Shown in pieces: positions 38,669-47,241 of a stretch of 64,000 nt of DNA. Position 1 is the first letter of the stretch; each line of letters begins with the position of its first letter. Made by a program: the position numbers and the translations under genes. Under the pieces are notes generated by a model that saw only the letters and a program-made list of their open reading frames with translations, did not search any database and was not told the DNA's origin. The DNA comes from Acidiferrobacterales bacterium (lineage in GTDB: Bacteria > Pseudomonadota > Gammaproteobacteria > Arenicellales > JAJDZL01): contig JAPPIB010000050.1 of the NCBI GenBank assembly GCA_028820695.1, positions 145,683-209,682 of the forward strand, given 5' to 3'.

Positions 38669-39213
38669 GAAGTTCCAACCTCGAATGATTCAGACCCAAC
38701 GACAGAAATGACGATGATCGAAGTCAGGATCGCGAGTCCAAAACAGATAAAGAACGCTTTCAGCTTGGATATTTCCAGGGACTCCTTGATAATCAGAACA
38801 GACACCGCGAGGCTCCAGATGCCGAACAGGACAATGACCATGCCACCCCAATAGGTTCCTTCGGGATTGGTTGTGGTACTTGACCACATGGCAGAGACCG
38901 GCAGAAACATCACCCCTTGAATCAGACAATCTGTACCGAACAATGCAGTGATCGTCTGCTTCCACCGCGCGATTCGGCCTGATATGCGAAGAATCGTCCA
39001 CACAATTGCTGCTTCTATGACAATCTGCACGGCGACGGAAGGAAGAATTTCGTAGTATTCTCCAACCACATTCAGAAAAGAGGTTACGAGTAGCAGCGCG
39101 ACCGCGTAGAAAACCACAAGGCCATACGATGCGGGCAGATTCTGTGGCTTCTCAGCAAATACCAGCATCTTCGAGATGATGAGAATGGAGTTATTCAACG
39201 ACTGCATGGTCAA
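38665..39213 (-). CDS. integral membrane protein (Yip1-like topology), function unknown
   Basis: 182 aa with about 5 hydrophobic spans. It overlaps the mpl start by 4 nt, which suggests co-transcription. The family was not securely recognised. Confidence 0.55.
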   Translation of the reverse strand: MTMQSLNNSILIISKMLVFAEKPQNLPASYGLVVFYAVALLLVTSFLNVVGEYYEILPSVAVQIVIEAAIVWTILRISGRIARWKQTITALFGTDCLIQGVMFLPVSAMWSSTTTNPEGTYWGGMVIVLFGIWSLAVSVLIIKESLEISKLKAFFICFGLAILTSIIVISVVGSESFEVGTS

Positions 39214-39689
39214 ATCGGTTCGGACAGTACATAAATATTTGCATGAATGGCAGCGGATAAGTCAAGGAAACCAGAACCTTCGCCGGACTACGCTGAAATT
39301 TGGAAATTGGTTCCATCTTTCCACAGCGATGGTGACCTTGAATTATAAGCGATGAATAAATGAAAGAGATTCACAGACTCGGCAAATGCCGCCCTCGCTT
39401 CGAAGTCGGAGGCAACAAGGCCAGCATCAATTCGACAATGTCCAATAAAGTATAAAGTGTACCTATACTTCCCAACCAGTTGTTGAGGTAAGACAGGTCA
39501 ACTGGCATACCCGCGCAAGCGACTTGGGCATTTCCCAGGTCGCTGGCGAATGTGTTCTCGAGTGTGGGGCGGGACATTGCAAACTGCAGATGCAGTTCGT
39601 TGGACCGTTGAAGATCGCTCATGGATTTGCGGTGTCGTCCGTATTCTGTCAAGACTTCCAACAGCAGACGATGTGCCATCCAAAATACT

Positions 39690-40796
39690 ATGGAATTAAT
39701 CGAACAACCGATTGCCGACAGCCAGACTCTTCAGCAATTGTGTAAGCGACTGCTTTCCGAAAGTGAGATTGCTGTCGATACGGAATTCACCAGAGTCAGG
39801 ACCTACAGACCCCGACTGGAACTGATACAGGTGGCGACCGCGAGAATTGCTTTTTGTGTTGATGTACCGCAATGTGGCGACATATCTTCAGTCAAAGAGC
39901 TTTTGAGATCACCTTCAAGGGTGATCGTGATGCATTCAGCATCACAGGATCTGGAGATATTTCGGCAGCTGCAAGCGATTCCTCATCGATTGTTCGATAC
40001 CCAGATCGCTGCCACGATGTGTGGTCACGAACGCGTCTCATACAAGGGTCTCGTCCAAGAACTGATCGGCGTGGAACTGAGCAAGGCAATGACCAGATCG
40101 AACTGGTCCGCTCGCCCTCTGTCACGAAAACAGATTCAATATGCGTTGGATGATGTCTGTAACCTGATTCCGTTGAAGTTGCTGTTGAGTCAGGAACTGG
40201 ACAGGCTGTCGCGCCGATCCTGGTTGGTCGAGGAGTGCGGACGATTGTTGGAGAGATATCGAAAGGATATGATGGATATCGAAGTCTATGGCTCTTTCGA
40301 TCGGGCTGCCAGACTGGGCATCGCCGATCAGCATAGGGTACGCGACTTGATGCTGTGGAGAGAAAGACGGGCCCGAAAGATTAACTTGCCAGTCCAATGG
40401 GTTGTTTCGGATGAGAACATTATGAACTTGGTTCAGGCTCGACCGAACAATGAAGGCCAGGTGGCAAAAGTAATAGGACTGAGGAAGTTCAGACAATCCG
40501 GATGGCTGACAGAGGTCTTGGGAATCCTGCATTCTCAGCCGGACCCCGCTTCTGAACCGGTTTGGAAGGACTGGGTTGAGCTTACCCGTAACGAGAAAAG
40601 ACTGGTGAAGCAAGTCTTGCAGGTTGCAAGACAGTCAGCGAGTCAGCACCAGATCCCTTCATCCCTGATTTGTACACGCAAAGAGGCTGAGGCGATTGCT
40701 CGCGGCAAGCGCAAGGGTCGGGTCTTCAGTGGATGGCGTCGAGAACTTGTCGCCGATGCGATCCTGGATCTTCTGCCTGATCAGGAAAATGTGTAA
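39690..40796 (+). CDS. rnd: ribonuclease D
   Basis: DEDD exonuclease motifs IAVDTEF, MHSASQDLEIF and YALDDV, followed by HRDC-like regions. The ATG at 39690 (codon 24 of ORF 39621) gives the usual N-terminus (MELIEQPIADSQTLQQLC). Confidence 0.9.
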   Translation: MELIEQPIADSQTLQQLCKRLLSESEIAVDTEFTRVRTYRPRLELIQVATARIAFCVDVPQCGDISSVKELLRSPSRVIVMHSASQDLEIFRQLQAIPHRLFDTQIAATMCGHERVSYKGLVQELIGVELSKAMTRSNWSARPLSRKQIQYALDDVCNLIPLKLLLSQELDRLSRRSWLVEECGRLLERYRKDMMDIEVYGSFDRAARLGIADQHRVRDLMLWRERRARKINLPVQWVVSDENIMNLVQARPNNEGQVAKVIGLRKFRQSGWLTEVLGILHSQPDPASEPVWKDWVELTRNEKRLVKQVLQVARQSASQHQIPSSLICTRKEAEAIARGKRKGRVFSGWRRELVADAILDLLPDQENV

Positions 40797-40809
40797 TCGG
40801 AAAATCCGC

Positions 40810-42333
40810 TCAGGCTACGGCAACAGGCAACTCAGAAATTATCTTGCGCCATTTTTTCGGGCCAGCGGTGTGGACTGAATTCCCGTCGCTGTCGACTGCG
40901 ACGGTAACCGGCATATCCACCACATCGAATTCATAAATCGCTTCCATGCCGAGATCCTCAAAGGCAACAACACGAGCGGATCGGATTGCCTTGGAGACCA
41001 GGAAGGCAGCACCGCCCACCGCTATCAGATACACTGCGCCGTGACGTTTGATCGCTCTGATACCTTCAGGACCGCGTTCTGCCTTGCCAATCATTCCCAG
41101 CAGTCCGGTTTCCTGGATGACGCGATCGGTGTACATGTCCATTCGGGTGGCGGTAGTCGGACCCGCCGGTCCGACGGCTTCATCGCCCACAGCATCGACA
41201 GGTCCGACGTAGTAGATGAATCGATTTTCGAGATCCACATCTGCCGGTAATTTCTCTCCCCTGTCAAAAATTTCTACCATCCGCTTGTGTGCGGCATCTC
41301 TCCCGGTCAGGATCTTCCCGGAAATGAGCAAAGTGTCGCCGATCTTCCACTTTCGGGTCTCCTCCTTGCTCAGTCCATCAAGATTGACTCTTCGGGAATT
41401 GGAGTTGTCCCTTACTATGTCGGGCCAGATGTCCATAGACGGCTGCCGGAATTGCGCGGGACCGCTGCCATCAAGAGTGAAGTGAACATGTCGGGTTGCT
41501 GCGCAATTTGGAATTATGCTCACCGGCAATGAAGCTGCATGAGTTGGAAATTCCCTGACTTTCACGTCAAGGACAGTGGTGACGCCACCGAGTCCCTGAG
41601 CTCCGATGCCGAGGTTGTTGATTGCGTCATATAGTTTGAGGCGCAGTTGTTCAGTCGGCGTTTTTGCGCCGCGCTGCATGATCTCCTGAATATCGATGGG
41701 GTCCATCAATGACTCTTTTGCCAGCACCGCGGACTTCTCAGGCGAACCGCCGATTCCAACTCCGAGGATGCCAGGCGGACACCAGCCAGCGCCCAATTCC
41801 GGCACAGTTGCTACAATCCAGTCAACGAGATTCTGACCAGGGTTCAGAACGGTCAGCTTCGCCTTGTTTTCGGAGCCGCCGCCTTTGGCTGCCAGCGTAA
41901 TGTCAACCTTGTCACCCTCAACCATCTCGGTGTGGACGACAGCCGGGGTGTTGTCTCGCGTATTGATTCGCATTCCCCATGGCGGGTTGACAACAGATGC
42001 CCGCAGCGGGTTTTCGGGGTCAAGATAAGCACGACGCACGCCCTCATCAATCATATCCTGTAACGATCGGTCCGTGTTCCACCGCACTGCCATGCCGATC
42101 TTTGCAAAGACCACTACGATACCGGTGTCCTGACATATCGGCCGGTGACCTTCCGCAGCCATTTTCGAATTGATCAGAATTTGAGCAATGGCATCCTTAG
42201 CCGCCTGTGACTGCTCTCGCTCGTATGCGGCCACCATGGCCTCAACGAAATCCGGAGAGTGGTAGTAGGAAATGAACTGAAGACCGTCAGCGACGCTCTG
42301 AATCAGATGTTCCGGTGAGATCGCGCCCATCAC
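40810..42333 (-). CDS. fumA: class I (Fe-S dependent) fumarate hydratase
   Basis: 507 aa. ICQDTGIVVVF, GGGSENK and the C-terminal beta-subunit-like half (TGRDAAHKR......YYVGP) match single-chain class I fumarases. Confidence 0.93.
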   Translation of the reverse strand: MMGAISPEHLIQSVADGLQFISYYHSPDFVEAMVAAYEREQSQAAKDAIAQILINSKMAAEGHRPICQDTGIVVVFAKIGMAVRWNTDRSLQDMIDEGVRRAYLDPENPLRASVVNPPWGMRINTRDNTPAVVHTEMVEGDKVDITLAAKGGGSENKAKLTVLNPGQNLVDWIVATVPELGAGWCPPGILGVGIGGSPEKSAVLAKESLMDPIDIQEIMQRGAKTPTEQLRLKLYDAINNLGIGAQGLGGVTTVLDVKVREFPTHAASLPVSIIPNCAATRHVHFTLDGSGPAQFRQPSMDIWPDIVRDNSNSRRVNLDGLSKEETRKWKIGDTLLISGKILTGRDAAHKRMVEIFDRGEKLPADVDLENRFIYYVGPVDAVGDEAVGPAGPTTATRMDMYTDRVIQETGLLGMIGKAERGPEGIRAIKRHGAVYLIAVGGAAFLVSKAIRSARVVAFEDLGMEAIYEFDVVDMPVTVAVDSDGNSVHTAGPKKWRKIISELPVAVA

Positions 42334-42368
42334 ACTGTCCGAATTGTGATCTGCTTCATCTTTGGTTC

Positions 42369-44441
42369 TCAGGAACTCTTCGAAAGTTCCTCTCGGATAG
42401 TTGCAAATCTCTTGCTGAGCGATTCATACGCCTGCTCGGGAACTGCGCCGGTCAGCCAGTAGTTGACCAGCAAGTCTTGGATTTCGGTTTCCGGATCGGC
42501 GGTCGCTCCCTGATCGACCATTGCCGTTTTCAGGCGCAAAATATTGGTTTGCATGCGGTCCCGCGCAAATTCTGGCGGCGAGTCCAGTTTCGAAAGAATT
42601 TCCAGTTTCAGGCAGATCTCCTGTTTGATCTCAAGATTCCGCTGCCACTGACCTAAACGATCGGCGTCGCTGCCGTCACATATGGCACAGGCTGACTCGA
42701 ACCGATTGCGGATCGCATTTTCAAATTCACCACATTGGTCCTTGAAACTATCCCACTGGTCTCGGTAGTGGTGCAGGTCCGGTGCTTCTTTCCCTTGAAC
42801 TGCGTACAGTTCAAGCTCGTCGCACAACTTGGCCTTGGACTCCAGCACCGAGAGGACCGCTTCGGTCTCAAGTCTTTTCAATTCACGAATGGATTCCCGA
42901 AATTTTGAAACTTCGCGTTTGAATTCATGATCCAACGGACTTCGGGATTTCCTGCCGGGTGCACCTGCACTGTTCCATTTTCTTTGGATGGCTGAGACCT
43001 CGGACGCGTTGCTTTTGATCTGATCGATCGGAAGTTTGTTGATTTCCTGAATATCGGCAAGCAGTGCCTTTTTGGCATTGGCGGACTTGCGTTGTTTATC
43101 CTCGAATGATTTTCGGATTTCTGTCCGACGTTGGAATTGACGGTCGCAGGCAATGCGGAATCTGTCCCAAAGTTCATTTTCCGTTTTCTTCTTATCTCGC
43201 ACTTTGACCGCTTTCCATTCCTGTTGCAGTTGCTTCACTTTCTCAGTCGCAACCTTGACAGGTTCAGAGTCGAGCGATTCGGCTTGTTCAATCAGACCAA
43301 GACGCAACGAGACTCCTTTTTTTCTCTCACGTTCAAGGTGTGGTTCAAATTTACCGATGACTTCTTCCAACCTCGCATTGGTCGAGTTCCAGTCTTTCTT
43401 GTTGAGAGGAACAGCCTTCTTCCACTTTTTTCTCACATCGCGAATCGTATTGGTGATCGCTGACCAATCAGGCTGGTTCCAGTCGACCGATTCGTAGTAA
43501 TCCTCAAGCTGATTGGAGATCTGCTTTCGAATTTTCTTATTGGCCTTGCGTTGCTGTTTGTGCTGCTTGAAATAAGCCTTGCAGGGCTTGAACGCCTCTT
43601 CATAGGCGTTGGAAAACCTTTCCCGCATTGCGCGATTCGGAAAGTCACCCGCTTGAATCCAACTGCTCCAAAGTTCCCGCAATTCCTTGATCTGGCTGTT
43701 CAGATGCAGGGGGTTGCCCTCGTAACCAGCGAGATTTTCCAGTTTGGTGATCACATCGAGTCGCGACTGCTGTATCCCCCAGTGCCGCCAGTCCTTCAGT
43801 TCCCGTACCTGTGCGTATGTACTGTTGATTCGTTTCCTGACTTTCTTGAGCCTTTTCGAGTCAAGTTGTGAGTCAGTCAGAAGCGAGAGCTTGGCCTGGG
43901 CTTTTTCGTACAGTGAAATGCACTCTCGCAATTGGCCATTCTCCAGTTCCTTGCTCAGGCGCTCGCAGAGCGCTTCGACCTGTCCGAGGACGCAGTCAAT
44001 GTCAGCTGCCTTGTCCCCGTCCGCCGTGTCTGAACTTGCAGTCGCCTCAGTGGCTGTTTGCTCTTCCACAGAGGCAACTTCTTCAGACTTGTCCGGCGAT
44101 TCCGACTGAACCGGATCGGTATCGGACTGCTGATCAGATGCATCCGACACGTTCTCTTCCAACGTATCTGCATCGGACGTTGATTGAGGCTGCTCGGCAG
44201 CACTGATTGAGGACACTTCCTGGGTTTCGGGCAGGGCATTGTCAGAAGTCTTGTCTTCAGATGGCTGTGTTGCGGCGGGTTCCCCGCTTGGTGCCATGGA
44301 TTCGGCCGGAAGTTCTTTATTCGGCTTGGAACTGTCCATTGTTACTGGCCTGGAATAGTTTGCGATTACTGTCGATTGATGAGGCGACATCATGGGGAGT
44401 TGATAACCGGCTCTGAAGCATGATCCCACTGTGTACAGCAT
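42369..44441 (-). CDS. DUF349 repeat protein with acidic low-complexity N-terminus
   Basis: At least six repeats have the DUF349 spacing of aromatic residues, for example ELKDWRHWG, ELWSSWIQAG....RF, VRKKWKKAVP, LQQEWKAVKV...ELWDRF, IQRKWNSAGAP and YRDQWDSFK. The N-terminal ~130 aa are Ser/Thr/Asp/Glu/Gln-rich. The true start is uncertain. Confidence 0.8.
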   Translation of the reverse strand: MLYTVGSCFRAGYQLPMMSPHQSTVIANYSRPVTMDSSKPNKELPAESMAPSGEPAATQPSEDKTSDNALPETQEVSSISAAEQPQSTSDADTLEENVSDASDQQSDTDPVQSESPDKSEEVASVEEQTATEATASSDTADGDKAADIDCVLGQVEALCERLSKELENGQLRECISLYEKAQAKLSLLTDSQLDSKRLKKVRKRINSTYAQVRELKDWRHWGIQQSRLDVITKLENLAGYEGNPLHLNSQIKELRELWSSWIQAGDFPNRAMRERFSNAYEEAFKPCKAYFKQHKQQRKANKKIRKQISNQLEDYYESVDWNQPDWSAITNTIRDVRKKWKKAVPLNKKDWNSTNARLEEVIGKFEPHLERERKKGVSLRLGLIEQAESLDSEPVKVATEKVKQLQQEWKAVKVRDKKKTENELWDRFRIACDRQFQRRTEIRKSFEDKQRKSANAKKALLADIQEINKLPIDQIKSNASEVSAIQRKWNSAGAPGRKSRSPLDHEFKREVSKFRESIRELKRLETEAVLSVLESKAKLCDELELYAVQGKEAPDLHHYRDQWDSFKDQCGEFENAIRNRFESACAICDGSDADRLGQWQRNLEIKQEICLKLEILSKLDSPPEFARDRMQTNILRLKTAMVDQGATADPETEIQDLLVNYWLTGAVPEQAYESLSKRFATIREELSKSS

Positions 44442-44581
44442 GACAGAACCAATTGTTCAAATTTCTTTATAGTGAAATTATCTTTCCACTGCAAAATTAT
44501 TTTCACATCCGGATTGTAAAAATTTGGCGTTTCCTTCGAGATCAGGGTTCGTCCGTGACCCTTGTGTGCTTGAACTCCGAC

Positions 44582-45766
44582 TCAGCCACCCGAGCCTGGA
44601 CTCCATCTGTCTGAACGATCACCTGCCAAGCCTCGGTGCACTGTCGACTTGCCGAATCGGTCATTGATTGAATCCACAACGGAGTCCACTTTGCTTTGCC
44701 GCTGAACTTCGGTCTGGTCGAATAGTGATCGGTCCTTTTCGTAATCCCTTACGAGAGATTGCAGATGGACACCGATAAGTCGAACGCTGAATCTTGTATC
44801 GCCTATTGCATCATGCAACAACCTTTGCGCGGACTTCCAGATGGGTTGTGTGACATCGGTTGGCTCCGCGTGAGTCGCGTCCCGGGTGATGGTATGGAAA
44901 CTGGAAAATCTCAGTTTGATGCCGACGGTGCGAGCGAACATATTTTTCCGGCGAAGGCGGGTGGTGACATCCTCGGTCAGATGCATCAGTGTGGATTGAA
45001 GTATCGTCAAGTCATCGACATCCGTCGCGAAGGTTGTTTCACGCGATATCGATTTCGCTTCAGCTTCTGGTACGACTTTCCTGTCGTCCACCCCGTTGGC
45101 GAGTCGGAGTAATTGTCCGACCCCATGTCCGAGTGTTTTCTCAAGAAGTCCGATCTGAGTCATCCGGAAATCTTCTATGGTATCGATCCCGATGCCGGTC
45201 AGTTTTCGTGCTGCGACATCGCCGATGCCCCAAAGGCGGGTGACAGGTAACTTATCAAGAAAATTCTGACATGCGAGGGGTAAACAGACAAATCCGTCGG
45301 GTTTTTCGAGATCACTCGCAATTTTTGCCAGAAACTTGTTCGAGGCGATTCCAATCGAGGCGGTCAGACCAAGTTCAGACAGAATGTCACGCTTGATCAA
45401 TTCTCCGATTTTTTCGACCCCGCCGAACAGTCTGGTACTGTCGGTAACGTCCAGGAACGCCTCATCCAGGGAAAGAGGTTCGACCAGCGGTGTGTAGCGA
45501 AGAAAAATTTCCTGTATCTGGTTGGATATCTCTCTGTAATAACTCATTCGCATCGGAATGAAAACGGCTTGTGGACAAAGCCGAATCGCCTGACTTGAGG
45601 GCATCGCACTGTGAATGCCGAACTTTCTGGCTTCGTAACTGGCTGCTGCCACGACGCCTCGTTGTTGCGCTGTTCCGCCGACTACAACGGGCTTACCTGC
45701 CAAGTCAGGCTGGTCGCGTTGCTCTACGGACGCATAAAACGCATCCATGTCAACATGGATGATCAT
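44582..45766 (-). CDS. dinB: DNA polymerase IV (Y-family)
   Basis: IIHVDMDAFYASVEQRD, SLDEAFLDVT and GIASNKFLAKIASD are DinB motifs. The ATG at 45766 (codon 31 of the TTG-initiated ORF ending at 45856) gives the canonical N-terminus. Confidence 0.92.
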   Translation of the reverse strand: MIIHVDMDAFYASVEQRDQPDLAGKPVVVGGTAQQRGVVAAASYEARKFGIHSAMPSSQAIRLCPQAVFIPMRMSYYREISNQIQEIFLRYTPLVEPLSLDEAFLDVTDSTRLFGGVEKIGELIKRDILSELGLTASIGIASNKFLAKIASDLEKPDGFVCLPLACQNFLDKLPVTRLWGIGDVAARKLTGIGIDTIEDFRMTQIGLLEKTLGHGVGQLLRLANGVDDRKVVPEAEAKSISRETTFATDVDDLTILQSTLMHLTEDVTTRLRRKNMFARTVGIKLRFSSFHTITRDATHAEPTDVTQPIWKSAQRLLHDAIGDTRFSVRLIGVHLQSLVRDYEKDRSLFDQTEVQRQSKVDSVVDSINDRFGKSTVHRGLAGDRSDRWSPGSGG

Positions 45767-45856
45767 CAAGTCATTGATTACTGTCTGATCCGTACCCCGC
45801 AGTACGGTTCGATGACCGCCACCATTGTTACCATGACCCCTTTGCGAGGCGGACAA

Positions 45857-46672
45857 TCACTCGATCGGAGTCTCAGCGGAATTCCCCCATTCAGACCATG
45901 AGCCCGCGTAACCGCGAATCCGATCGTAACCCAAGGACTTCAGCATGGCGTAGCTGTGTGACGACCGATGGTGCGTCTGGCAATAGGTGATAATCTCCTT
46001 GTCCGGCGTAATGCCACTGTGATGCAACATCTCAATGAGCTCATCAGCGGGTTTGAAGCGGTTGTTTCGGGTCGTATCAATCGTGTCAAGCCAATTGATG
46101 TTTCTGGCTCCTGGAATGTGCCCGCCTCGCATCGCTCTGATGTCAAATCCTTCATACTCCATTTTCGATCGGGCATCAAGCAGGCCAATATCCGAATTTT
46201 CCAGATTGGAAAGAATATAACTCTTGTCAGCCTGCGCTTTGCCGTTGACGTGAACCGGGTAGTCACTGCGCTCGACACTGGACGGTGTCGAGGTTTCTAC
46301 CGGGTATCCCTCATTTTTCCAGGCTGTAAAGCCGCCATTAAGTAACGACGTGCTAGGATGGGCCAGCACATCCAGTGTCCAGAGCAGTCTCGACGCACGT
46401 CCATTGCCTTCCGAGTCATAGGCGACAACGTGCATATTCCGTGTCAGACCGACTCGGGAAAATACATCCTGCAAATTTTCCACAGGTGGTAACGTACCGC
46501 TGGTCGGAATAGCCCCAGACACGATGTCAAGATAGTCAACGTGCACGGAGCCAGGAATCCTTTCCCTTTCGTACGCATCAGTGTCGCCGACGTCAACTAT
46601 GAGAAGGTCGGTCTGACCGAGAACTTCTTCAAGCTCAGAAGGTTCCAACAGAAACGGTAAATTTAACGTCAT
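45857..46672 (-). CDS. tandem-domain rhodanese (thiosulfate sulfurtransferase), RhdA-type active-site loop
   Basis: Two rhodanese domains in 271 aa. The catalytic loop YCQTHHRSSHSY resembles the CQTHHR loop I recall from Azotobacter RhdA. Confidence 0.88.
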   Translation of the reverse strand: MTLNLPFLLEPSELEEVLGQTDLLIVDVGDTDAYERERIPGSVHVDYLDIVSGAIPTSGTLPPVENLQDVFSRVGLTRNMHVVAYDSEGNGRASRLLWTLDVLAHPSTSLLNGGFTAWKNEGYPVETSTPSSVERSDYPVHVNGKAQADKSYILSNLENSDIGLLDARSKMEYEGFDIRAMRGGHIPGARNINWLDTIDTTRNNRFKPADELIEMLHHSGITPDKEIITYCQTHHRSSHSYAMLKSLGYDRIRGYAGSWSEWGNSAETPIE

Positions 46673-47241
46673 CGCAATTATTTCCCTATAAATTTGAAAA
46701 TCCGAAAAAAAGATTTTAAATATTCAAGATATTTTTGTCAATTTGGAATGGAATGCTCATTAATATAGGTTCAATTGAAAATTTGTCAAGAGGGCAGGGT
46801 GCACAAAATTGAAGCTGCTATTGATCGATTCAATTCACCTCGACTTCAGGTTGAGCGCGAGGGTCTGTGAATGGATGCAAGTGCATTCAATGGTTTGGAT
46901 CATAGAGACTGAAGCGGGTCTTGAGCCGGAATTCGCCGTACAATTTATTGACAATTTTTGTTCAAAAGTTTGTATGTAACTTTGTTATCTGTTGAATTAA
47001 TAGGTAGTTTCAGACTGAGCAATTATTTACCACTCTCAGCAAACGATTCGAGTTCACAATGTCACCTCGGGTCGATACCTTTGGTCTGACGCGAATATCT
47101 GACAGTAAACTCCCCAATCCGAATTATCATTGCTGTCCATGGCAGGAATTTGAGTCGCCGCAATGAGTCTGATCGGATGCGATGCATGCGTCCGAAACTG
47201 CAATCGAAGTGATGTGCCTGTGCAACATATTGAAGCGATGA

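Noticed and set aside
39371-39679. 102-aa minus-strand ORF in the 476-nt gap between the membrane-protein gene and rnd
   Set aside because: I recognised no family. Its start codon would lie only about 10 nt from the divergent rnd start, leaving no promoter space, and another frame overlaps it (39498-39683). It is left unannotated but may deserve a database check.
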